Source: Protoeuglena noctilucae (Eukaryota). From it: 64,000 nucleotides of DNA. The stretch is from NCBI GenBank assembly GCA_958009085.1, contig OY253673.1:1302001-1366000 (forward strand). The letters run 5' to 3'. A program made the position numbers and the translations under genes. Of the stretch, positions 24,901-36,900 are shown piece after piece (the first letter of the stretch is position 1; each line of letters begins with the position of its first letter). Below the pieces are notes generated by a model, which searched no databases, was not told the DNA's origin, and saw only the letters and a list, made by a program, of their open reading frames with translations.

Positions 24901-27900
24901 GTGGGGTACAGGAATGGTGCGGTATGGAAGGGCGGGACATCGAAAGCGCAACCCTTGCTTCTGCTACCAAGCCATCCCTCATCTCACCGGTGTTGGCGAC
25001 GTCATTGTCAATTCCCAACACCCAACCCCATACATACTACTACATACTACTTACTTGTCATTCACCACTCCCAACACCCACATCCTCACATATATAACTA
25101 ACATACATCAACCACTCATCTAACCCATCTCACCCGTGTTGGCGAAGTCGGCGACGGTGGGGAAGGTGGCCCGGAAGAATATCGCGGCGTACAGGAAAGC
25201 GAGGAAATCGAGTCCGATCGTCACGGGATAGAAGTCCTGCCTTTCCCGGGAGTGGCCCTCGATGTGCAGGATCTGGGAGCCGCCGTAGCCGCAGTCGGGG
25301 AGAGCGGGGTCGTAGACGGGGTTGGGGTGGAGCCTGGGGTTGGGGGGGTGAGGAAGTGAGGGGTTGGTGAGATGCCACTCATTGCACCCTGTTAGTAGCC
25401 CACTCCTCTCACCTGATCGCACCTCATGCCACTTCCACAGTCACACACTCATCTCACCTCACGCCACCCTCGTGCCCCTCCCCCGCCCCATTCCCCTGCA
25501 TCACAGGCCCCGCCGTCGACGGCCGCTCCCCATCCCCAGCCGCCCCCGCCACGCGTAACGCGCGCCCGCTCCCGCCCTCCTGATGCGCCACTCCGCTGAT
25601 CGTCACGACGCTGGAGGCCGCGGGCGGTGGCGCGGGGCGGCGGGGGCCCGATACTTCGCCAGGCGAAGCGCCCACTGCCGCCCCCGCTGCCGCCTCCGCT
25701 GTCACCCCCGCCCCCGCCCCCGCTCCCACATTGGTCGGAGTGACGACATCCGATCGCATCTCTTGCTCTGGGGTTGGCTCGAGGGTAATGGACACGCCAG
25801 CGCCCGCAGAGGAGGCGGAGGGTGGGGGAAGGGACGGGGGAGGGGTGCGGGGATGGAGGGGCGTGCCGGCTGCAGGGGCGGAGAGGGGAGGGGTGGGGTT
25901 GAGGATGGGGTTGTGTTGGTAAGCACATGTGAGTCTATGTAAGCATGTGAGCATGTGTAAACATGTGAGCATGTAAGCATATACACATGTAAGCATGTAA
26001 GTAGTAGTACACTAGTCCTGATATAGCTATGCAAGCATCCCTGCAGTCCCTCACTCGTGGCGCTGAAGGGCGAACGTTGGTGCTGGTGCGAACCCAGCGC
26101 CCCCACCCCCACCCCAGGGGCGTCAAACGACGCCCGATTGGCCATATCCGAACTGGATCGATACACCGACTCGATCCCAATCCCAGGCCTCCTCGCAAGC
26201 GCCGGCAAGCCGTCGGCCCCCACACCGCCCCTCAGCGTTCCCTCATCCCCCACCCCCGCCATGCGCCCCTGCGCACCCCAACCCCCGGACTGCGCCGCCC
26301 GCAGCTCAAAGTCGTGGCTTTGCGTGGGCGACCGACCCCACGGCACGGCCTGTAAGGGCGCGTGGGCGGCTCGTGCCATGGGGAGGTGCCTCACAGCACG
26401 TGTGAGGTCCACCTCGGATCGTGATGCGGCCATGGACCGGCTCGCCAGGTCCAGGGGCCCGGAGCTCTCCGTGTGATGCACGACGGTGTCCTGGGGACAA
26501 GGGGGAGTGGGGGTAAGAGATGAGGGAGTGGGGTGTGGAAAGTGGTGAGCGATGAGGGGGTGGGTGGGTGCGGGATGGAGGTGTGTGTGGGTAGTTTGAA
26601 GTGGAAGAGCGGGTGGGTTAAGGACAGGGAAGGTGCATGCACGCGAATGCAGGTGGTGTGGGTGCGAGTGTGCGTGCATACGCGTGCTCAGGGCGTGTGT
26701 AATGGTTGCGAAGTAACAACCCATGCACGGCTCGCCAGTAGCACAAACACAACACCATTACACCAGCCACCCCCCTCACCCTCCGAATCCCCGACAGGCT
26801 GTTGGCGACGCTGCGATCGGGGTGCCTCCTGCCACTTGCATCCGACCGCAGTTGCGGGCGGTGGGGGGAGGGCGTGACCCGACCGCTGTCCGGCCCCTGC
26901 GTCCCCTGCCACCCCTGCGCCTTCTCCTCTTCCATTATCTCATCGTCTGAATCACCGGGCATCGCGTCGCGACCCGGCACGAGCCCCTCAGCCACCTTGA
27001 GCCGGATGGGCGATGGGGCGTGCAGTGCGGCGGGTGCGACATCACCCTGCATGTCAGTAACCAGTGTGGGGTCCAATGCTGCCAGGTCGACGCCAGTATC
27101 GATGCCCAATGAGCGGCGGCGCTGCAGGCGGTCCAAGTCCGCGACCTGCGTGGGGGGGGGGAGATGGGAGGGGTGCGGTGAGGTGTGGCAGACATGCGTG
27201 GGGTGAGAGGGGAGGGCGCGTGTGTGCAACGGTGTGTTGTCCGAGACTCAATTCCATCAGTCGTCAACCTGCCCATGTGTCGCAACATTATACATTGTCA
27301 AAAGCAAGGCTCTTGCATCCATACTCACCTCCAGCTCTCTTGCATCAACGCAACGCAATGCACCGCATCCCCTCACCTCCGCAACACCCTCGTCGCAGGT
27401 GAGCATCGACCCCAGTGCCGCGCTGGGCAGCAGGCATCGGTATTCCCTCCACGTGACACCCGCCGCATCTCTCCCTTTGATCTTGGTCGACAATGCCAGG
27501 CCCTCCAGCATGGGGAGCATGTCCCGCATCCACTGCAATAGGTGAAGGGATGTAAGAAGGGTCTGTTAGAGTAGACAGTGAGAGGCCCAGCATCATAGCA
27601 TGGGGAGCAGGACTCGCATCCACTGCGACGGATGATGGGGTGGCTGTTAAGTGCATATCGTGCGATGAGCCTGTACTAGGAAGGGTGCAAGGGGTACCAA
27701 GTGCACATGGGGCAACAAGCATTGAGACGCCGCTCTGCACATCCACACTTACTCGCCATGCCCATCCACCCCGCACACCCCCACCCCCCAACCCCCCCAT
27801 CACCCCACCTGCGGCCTCTGCCCCGCCCACATCTGGTCGATGTGCCGCGTGTGCCTCCCCGCCAGCACCAGAGCCCTGACAAAGTCGCGAGAGGGAGTGA

Positions 27901-30900
27901 CTGACCGCGGCACCAGCCCCCGGCCTTTGCGGTGGGCTGGGCCGAAGCCGGTGCGCGGGAAGAGCTCCACGGTGAGTGCCAGGATGGTCCAGCCGCGGAT
28001 GGAGCGGCCCAGGCGCTGCGGGGGGGGTGGAAGGGGTGGGCAGGGTGTGAGAGGGGCAGGGGAGGGCGGTGCAATGCGAGGGGTGTGACATTGGTGGGAG
28101 TAATGCGAGGGACGCAAGTCACACGGCTGGAAGGCAATGACAGTATGCAACTACACAGTGACTGTGCAAGAGATACAACCGACGCAACTGCTACACCCCC
28201 ACCCCACCACCCCACACCCCCCCACTCCTTTCTCTCCCCTGCCCCCCTCACCTCCGTCACGGGCAGCTGCATGGCCTCCGCGGGGTCGACGATCTGCTCC
28301 AATCGGTACAGCCGCAAATCCATCGGACCCACCGCAGCCAGGTTGACCTGCCCCTCGCCCCACCTTGCCTCAGGCAGGCCCATCCTAACCCCCTCCGGAT
28401 CCCCCGGCGACGCCAGATCTCCCCCGTTGCTCCCCACCTCCTGCCGCGGCGACCCCAGCTGCGATTCGCCAGACAGCCCCGCATCCGACTGCCGCGATGC
28501 GTGCTCCTCCTCCACCCCCGCCCCTCGCGCCCCCTCATTCCCCGACTCCCTCGCGCCCGGCCCCGCTGCGGATTCTTTCTCAGACGCCCGCGCCGCCCCC
28601 CGCCTCTCCCACACCTCCGGCGCAGCGTCTAAGTCATGACGCGCCGTGTTGAGCCACTTGCGCTCCACGTGCCGCACCTGGGCGATCCTCACAGTGTCCA
28701 AAACCGCTTGCAGGAACTCCTGCATGCGCGCGTGGGCCTCCGAACTCTGCGGCGGCACCGCTGCGGCCGCCCCCGCCCCAGGCGCCACGACCCCGGTCGG
28801 CAGCACCGGCTCGCGCGTGTTAAGCGCCACCACCACTCTGGCAAAGTACGGCTGCCGCTCTGTGCTCGTCGCCGTGCCGCGCGCAAACACCAGCGCGCGT
28901 GTGAGCGCCAGCCGCGCCCAGAACAGCACGCTGCGCCAGAGGGACTGTGCACGCTCGGCGTGGGTCTGCTGCCCACGCCCCTCCGCACCCCGGGGTCCCC
29001 TCAGCCCCTTGCCGCCCATCTGCCGCCGCAGCGACCCAGTCTCCGCAGCCTGCCCCATCCTCCGCAGCTCCCGCGCTTCCTTGACCCGCTTGTCCGCCTG
29101 TGCTTGCACCTCATACTGGCTAGTCAACACCGCACCCTTCGCCGTCCCCACCATCTTCAGAGCCTCCATGCGCCGCGCCCCGCCGTCGCCGCCCGCGCCA
29201 TCCGACGAGCTCCGCCGCGCGGCGTCAGTGTCGAAACCCTCCTGGGGTAATTGGCCCCCTTGCCCGCCCGCCCCTGCACCGCCACCCCCCGGTGACAGCA
29301 GCGGCCGCCCCGGCGCGCCCTGCATGGCCGCGCGCTCCGCAGCGCGGGAGAAGGCGCGGCGGGTGCGGAGAGCCGCGGTGTAGGCGATGAGCGAGAGATA
29401 GGCGAGGAAGAGGGGGATGGCGCTGGCGGCGTGCTCGTGAAGGCCGGCATACAGCACGTTCACGGACAGGACCGAGTAAGGCCCGAAGTCCTTGCAGTAG
29501 AGCGACGTGAAGATCTCCAGGAGGTAGTCGATCACGATCATGGCCTCTAGGTACGTCTGAAGCGCTTGCCAGAAGCTGTGAGAGGTCTTTTCGGCCACCA
29601 GGCACACCCCGAGCACAATCGCCACCAGCAGAGCGCTCAGCACCCCAACGTCGATGACGAAGAGCAGCGATAGGAAGAGATAGGAGAGCAACAAACGGCC
29701 GTCCGTCTCACGGAAGAAGGTCCGCATGTGACGGGCCACCCAGAGGCCGAACCGCACGAACGGGCTCGGCGGCTCGCCCACTTCCGACGACCAGATCATC
29801 TTCGGGCCGTGCCGGGCGGCGCCGCGGCCCGTGGCGCTCCTCGCGCCGCCCACCGTAGACGCGGTATCCTTGGCAGTGCCTGCCCATAGGTCGCTCGGGT
29901 CGCGTTGGTCAGACACATTGGACGTCGACCCTTGGCGCTTGTGCCGGGGCGTCAGCCGCGCTGGGGGCTTGCCGACAGCCGTCCCTTTGGATTTCGCCAA
30001 CACCACGCGGCGCGTGGGGCCCTTGGAAGCGCCCTTCTGCCTATCAGGGCCGCCCCTTCGGTCGTTGTGACTGTGACCGTGGTGACCGTCAATGTCGTCC
30101 ACCCACCCAGGGCATCCCTCCAGATAAGCGTTGCCCGTGAAGCCGCGCAGCTTGGCGAGCTTGATTGCCTGCTCCATGGCCTGTGGCCGCCTGACGCGAG
30201 TCGAGTCAGCACCAGCCGCCAGCACAGATACCGACCGCTTGTGGGGGCGCATGGCGGCAACCGAGGTGTGCGCTGCAATGGCCCCCGAGTCCTGCGCTGC
30301 GCCGGGGTGCGCTGCGGTGGTGGCACTCGCGTCGTTGAGGTGCTCGCCCTCCAACAGACCCACCAACTCCTGCAGGAGAGGGTGGGTGGGGTGGGGTGAG
30401 CGGAGTGGGTTGTGTAAGCAGGGTGAAAGTGTTGGTGCTGGATGAGGGCGTTCACGAGAGACACAAGTAACTCAAACCATTCAGCAAATAGCCGTGCATG
30501 CTTCGCTCACCTGTAGCTCTTGGGGGTTGGGGTTGCCGGTATATGCGACCTTCATGACCGCCGCCCTCAGCTCCTTGACCCTCCTCTTCCTCCTGGCGCG
30601 CCACTTGCTGGTCGCCTCCGCCACCGCGGCCTGCTTCGCCTTCCACGCCTCGGCCTCCCTGGCCCTCGCCTCCTCTCTCTTCATGTCCAGTTCGGCCGAC
30701 AGTCGCACGATGCGTCCGAACAGGTCCGAGTTGCGCACGTTGACCAGGAGCCTCAAAAGCATGAACAGCAGCACCTCGGCCAGGTTGCCCCGGCGCGTGA
30801 GGGCCAGGGAGTCCTTTGCGCTGTAGACCTTCCGCATGCCGAAGATGTGGGTGGCCTGGCAGGACCCGCCACCGTGGAAGGACGAGTAGGTGGCGTAGCT

Positions 30901-33900
30901 GAGGAAGTCCCACGGGGCTTGCACGGCCAACACGACCAGGATGACGACCAGATTGACCAGCTGCAGGGCGCGGAGGGACAGCCAGGCGGCCAGGCCTCGG
31001 CGGCGGGTGCGGAGGCGCAGGTTGGTGCGGATGCTGCGGGTGGTGGGGTGAGAGGTGAGGGGTGAGGGCGAGGGGTGGAGTGGGGTGAGCATGTGGGGTG
31101 GGGATGATGGGTGGGTGGTACACAGCAGTGCGAGGGGTGCTGTGGCATGAACGGTGCTGTGGGGTGTAATGAAAGAGGTGGGGATAGTAAGCCTCACCGG
31201 AACAGGTATGTGGCGGCGAGCAGGTAGAAGAGGTGTAGCACGTCTTGGGAGACCGTGGTGAGGATGACGACCACGACCAGCAGACTCGAGTAACAAGAGG
31301 TGGGCGTAGAAGCGCAGTGCGTCCAGCACCGTGTGGCATCGCCAGTGGGAGGTGGACAGGCGGGACCAGAGCAGGCCGGCCTCGTCTCTGCGGAGGGGGG
31401 TGGGTGGGGGTGACGGGTGGGTGGTGGTAAGAGTGGTAGAGGGTGGTTCAAGGTGAGTGGTGGTGGTGAGAATAGACAGCCACTCAAGGCCAGTTAATAA
31501 GGCTATCACTTGTCCCACCCTCACCTCCTCAGTCCCTTCACCATGCCCTGTCAATAACACCCATCCCACCCTCACCTCCTCAGTCCCTTCACCATGGCAT
31601 GCACCAGCTTGGGGACCTTGGCGACCGGGTTCTCGACATCGGCACGCTCGTGCGACCGCCACGCCTGGGCCATGATGGCTGCGGGGATGGGGGTAGGGAT
31701 GGGGTGAGCAGTGAGATGGGCAAAGTAGGCAATGTAAAAAAGCAATCAGTGACATGTGCAGAGCAGGCGATGTGATGTGGGTGAGCAGTGATGGTGCAGA
31801 CAGTCGAGGGGAACAAGCAAGCAGCGATGGTGCAGACACAAAAAGGCGAAGCGGGTGACCAATTCTGCCACCTGCTCGCATCCATAGTAACCATCCACCA
31901 CCCCCACCGCCCCTCACCCCCATACTCGTACGTCATGCACGCTCACAGCTACTCATGCACCACCATCACCCCCACCGCCCCTCACCCCCATACTCGTACG
32001 TCATGCACGCTCACAGCTACTCATGCACCACCATCACCCCCACCATGCCTCGCCCCCGTACTCGTACGTCATGCACGCTCACAGCTACTCATGCACCACC
32101 ATCACCCCCACCATGCCTCACCCCCATACTCGTACGTCATGCACGCTCACAGCTACTCATGCACCACCATCACCCCCACCATGCCTCACCCCCGTACTCG
32201 TACGTCATGCACGCTCACAGCTACCCACCCTACCCATCCACCATCAATACCACCACTCACCCCCGTACTCGTACGTCATGCAAGCGAAGGCAAAGAAGAG
32301 GAACCACACCGTCGCCGACTCCACGCGGCGGTACCCCAGCCACCGGCCGACCGTAATCCACATAAGAGACGACCCCTGCAGAGCCGCAAACTCCTCCCTT
32401 GTAGTGGCAGTCGGCCTCGGCACCGGTTGTGCATATGGCTGCACGTAGTCTGGGCCGTGGTAGCCGGGCACGTTGGGCGGCAGTCCCACAAACACCAAAT
32501 ACTGGTAGGTCAGGATGCCGCACACGATGGCCATGACCCAGGGGTACACCCGTCGCAGCTGCGTCGACCGCGTCACAGCTGCGTGGGGGGCCTTGGATGC
32601 TCCTTCTCCGCAGGCGTCCCCAGCGTTGCCGGTCTTGGCAGCGGGCGGCTCGGGCGCGCGGGCGGCGTACATGGTGGTGCTGAGGAGCACGGCTAAGGCG
32701 ACCAGCGCGAACGATATCACGCTGAACGACGAGAAAGCCGCCAGGAGCAGGAACAGCGAGGCGGCCTCTCGTCCCAGGATCAGCCACCCGCGCTCCATGA
32801 GCACCATCAGCCCCACCCCCGCGAACCGCATCTGCAGGTTGGCGCGCAGCGTGCGCTCTTTCCGGTCCCTCAGCTCCCGCGCCTCCCGCTCCGCATTAGC
32901 CTCCGCCCTGTCCCTCCCCTTGCGGCCCTTGCCCAGCCGCCGCGACCCCACAACCTCCGCGCTGCCCGCCAGCCGCGCCCCGGGGCCGTCGGCTTCCCCA
33001 TGAGACGACGCGTGGCGGACGGGTGGCGCGTCAACCGTCACGTCCCGCACCTCCCTCGATAGCACGTCCGCGGCCCTGCCCAGATCGAACTTCCCGATGT
33101 TCTCGCCCGAAAGAGAGCGATAGTGCTTCTTGGGCCTGGCACCCCCTGCCCCCGTGGGTGGGGTCCAATTTAGCGCCAACGATGCCGCGACGGACGCTCC
33201 CATCGCCGAGGGGCCCAGGGACAGGCACCCCATGGTCTGGCCGCGGCGGTGGCCGGGGCGAACGGGGAATGCGGGCGCGGGGGCGGGGGCGGGGGAGGGG
33301 CCAGTGGGGTCGGGCGACAGGCGTCGCCACGGAGCGTCCGCGTTGGGGAGGGGCAGGGTGCGCGCCAGCCCCACTGCTGCGTCCCGGGAAGGACTGAGCC
33401 CGCGTCCCAGCGGCGCCTGCGCCGTCTGCGGCCGGCTGACCCCCGGCTGGCTGTCACCCGGTGCGTCCGCCCCCACCGCGCTCGCCCCCTCAGCCCCGGG
33501 CGCCCTGGCAATCGCCCTCTGCCCCAGCTGCCTCTTGTTCATCTCCTCCTGCTGCGTGCGGATGGCCGACAGCAGCGGCTCTGCCAGCTTCCTCAGCCGC
33601 TGCGCGAGCGTCATCTCCAGCAACCCGCGCTTGGGCCCCCGCAACTGGGCGCTGACGCTCCGCTCCAATGCCTCCAGTCGATCGGCGGGCGCCGGCCAGA
33701 AGAGCGCGCAGGGCTCCCCGAGGTCCCCCGCGTCGCGGCGCAGCACGTCCGGCAGCGATGCGAGCCACCGAGCGGACGCAACCTCGATGGCGACAAAGGC
33801 CACCAGGAGCGCCTTGGGCCTCAGCACTCGCTCCATGTCCGGCGTGGCGCGGCTGAGGCTGATCCCCGCGGACACGAGGTACTCGGTGGAGGGCAGGCCG

Positions 33901-36900
33901 AGCCAGTTGAACCAGTTGAGGGCGTTGGGGCTGACCTCCTCCAATCGCTGTCGTAGGTCGTTAAGCTGCAGCAGCCACAGCATGAGCAGCGTGGCGACGG
34001 CATAGGTGCGGATGACGGCGACGCCGAAGAGGGAGAGGCGCGCGGAGAGGCGCCGCGCGTGGTCGCCGTTATCTGGCCGGCACGACACCGCCCACGTCAG
34101 CACGCTGAGTGCCGTTAGCACCAGGAACAGAGCTCCCAAAGCGCCCCGGTTGCGCACGGAGTCGAAGAAAGTGAAGAGCAGCAGCATGCCGACGCGGTTG
34201 CGGATGAAGAAGCGCTGCAGGGTGTGCGCAACGTTCGCGTGCTTGCCCATCGGGTCTTTGGCGGGCGGGCCCGCAGCGCCCGGGCGAGCGGTAACCTCGG
34301 CTCTGCGTGCTCTGAGGATTGCGGCGTACTTGGTGGCCATGCCGGCCCGGTAGGACATCCTGTAGAGTGCCACGAGCCACAGGATGAGGGCGGGGCGCAG
34401 CAGCTTGCGGAACAGCTGCCACCCTGTGGGGTCAGTCAGGAAGCCCCATGTGTACCGCAGCTGGGTGACCTCGGTAGCCGGGAAGGAGTAGAATCGCTGG
34501 CGTAAGGGGAAGGAGAGGGCGTACTGGGTGAGGAAGTCCCCCAGAGCGTAACACGCCAAAGCCGTCACGAGTAACCACCGCGCGATGCCCAGTCGGGGCA
34601 GGTGGTAGGGGTTCGCGTCGACGGGCTCGCCGAGGCGGGCGGCGATGGAGGCGCGCACGAGTGGCGGGTAGAGCAGCACCGCGCAGATGAGGACGAGGTA
34701 TCCCAGGCCCACGAGGGACCCCGGCTCGACGTCCACCACGACCATCACGTAAGTGGCCAGCACGATCACGTGGATGCCGTAGGAGGTCGCCAGGTGCCCC
34801 GCGACGCGGATCAACGCCTCCTGGTACCCCCGCAGCTGCTTGTTGCGGCGAGTGCTCTCGGCGCTGACGACGCGCCTCTGCCGGGCGAGGGCCTCGCGGG
34901 TCGCCGCCTCCTCCGCTGTCCCCTCTTCCTCGTTCCCCTCCTCCTCCTCCACCCGCACGCGGTACCGCTCCGGCGCCGGCTGCTCGCGGGGCGCGGCGCG
35001 GAACGCCCCCAGGCTTAGCATGCGCTGGCTAGGGGACGCGAATCGTCGCCTTCGCCCTTCCTCATTGAAGGCGTGCCACGTGGCGAGGAGCAGGATGACG
35101 AGCACGGGTATCATGTCGCTGACCGGAGAGGGGTCCCAGAGGCCGAAGAGGCGAATGGTGGTCTCCGAAGAGGTCAGTCGGGTCGTGCTTGACGGTTGGG
35201 GCACGGATGTGGGGATGCTGGCGTAGGCGTGGCAGGTGGAGAGGCGGTCGTGGTAGATGAGGTCCGCGGAGGTGCCGTAGATGCCGCTGCGAGGAGGGAG
35301 TGGAAGGGGTGCGCGTAAGACACCAGTGGGTTGGTGACGGTGGGTTGCTTTGTGCGATGGGTAGCTGTGAGGCGAGGGACGAGCAGTTGTGGTTTCGATG
35401 GGTTGCGGGGTAGCAAGCGAGCCGCTGGTTAGGCAAAGATTCGATTCTCACCACAGCGAGGGCATCTTGAGGGCGAACATGGTGAGGAGGTGGAGGGAGG
35501 CGTAAAGCCGCACCGAGTAGTGCTTGTTGGTCTTGCCGGTGGTGAAGATGGTGAGGATCGAACCCTTTTCGAGATGGGGCACCACCTCCATGACTCCTCT
35601 CCCCAGGATGCGCAGCACGAAGACCACGTAGATGGCGTGCAGCACGTCGTTGTGAGACACGCCGACGGCAAAGAGGGCGATGGGGAGGCCGGCGTAGACC
35701 AGCGCCCACTCCACCATAGCCAGCCACCGCTGCATGGCGATAAGGATCTGCAGCCAAGAGACGGGCGAGCCAAAGATGGTCAGTGCATGGGTCGGGTATA
35801 GCAACTAGATGGCGACGGTGCAGTTCGTAGTGGGTGCGCTCACTGCCAGCCCACCAAGCCCACTGCTGACAGTGCAGCAATTGCCGAGGCTGTATAAAGA
35901 CAACCAGTGCATGGTGCGATTCTAACACCCCACGCCCCTCGCCTGCTCTCTCCACCGCTCCACATCCTCCTCCGTCACCACAGGCGCGTGGTTGCCCGCC
36001 CCCGCCGTTGTCCCCAGGGCCGGAGGTGACGTGGCCCTCGCCCGCGTCTCCACCTCGCCCCCGCGGGCAGGGGCGCCCTCCGTGGCCCGCTTTGGGGACG
36101 CCCCGCCCCCGCTATTGCCCGTGTCGGCCCTCTGTAGGTCTCGGTTGGCGCCTGTTGGCCGGGCGTGGTGGCCTAACGGCGTCTCTGGGGAGCTAAGGGT
36201 GTCCTGGCCCTGGATGACGGAGCTCGTGTCGGATTGGTAGCCCGAGGTGAGGCCGGAGACGCCTGGGGGGCACATAAGCGGGGTGGGGTAATTGGACGGA
36301 TGGCGTGCGAGGGTGACGGTGTGACAGCTGCAACGCACGCAGTGCATGGAGCCAAGCGCGGTGCAGAAAGTCGCAGTGCTTGCCGTACAGACGATCATTG
36401 CTAGCTAGTGGTGATAGAGTGGGCCATGGCAGCTGGTAAGGGGTGCTGGAATGCCGGTGCATGCGCGAACACTGTCGTTGTCACATACCGCTAACCCGCT
36501 CTTAGCTAAGAGCCACGACGCCCACCTGGGTGCAGGCTGAGCCCGCTCTTGACCAGGTACATCGACCGGTACTTGCGGCTGACGGTGGCCATAAAGAAGG
36601 CCTCGCCGAGGATGCCTAAGAGCGGCAGCATCGCCATAGGGTGCGCGTCGAAGGAATAGAGGCCGATGGAGTGGGCCAAGTCGATGCGGCCGAGGGTGGA
36701 GCCCGACAGGGAGTAGAGCAGCACGGGGCGCAGGGCTGCGGGGGGCGGGGAGGGTGGGAGTTGGGTGACGGTCTGCGGTGTGTGGGCTGGGGGCCGCTTA
36801 CGCAACGACCGGCCCCGTCGCTCCTCAGCCGCACCTGTGAAGGTGTAGCAGCCAGCGAACCACGCGAGGAGCCAGTAGAAGATGGGTCGGGCCACTTTGT

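Noticed and set aside
31900..32283. Regularly spaced repeats resembling a CRISPR array
   Set aside because: The units are near-identical over their full length with no unique spacers, there are no cas genes, and the array lies in a eukaryotic intron.
35750..35942. Apparent in-frame TAG upstream of the PIEZO ORF 35448-35804
   Set aside because: It lies inside an inferred GC-AG intron (35942-35749), so it is not evidence of recoding.
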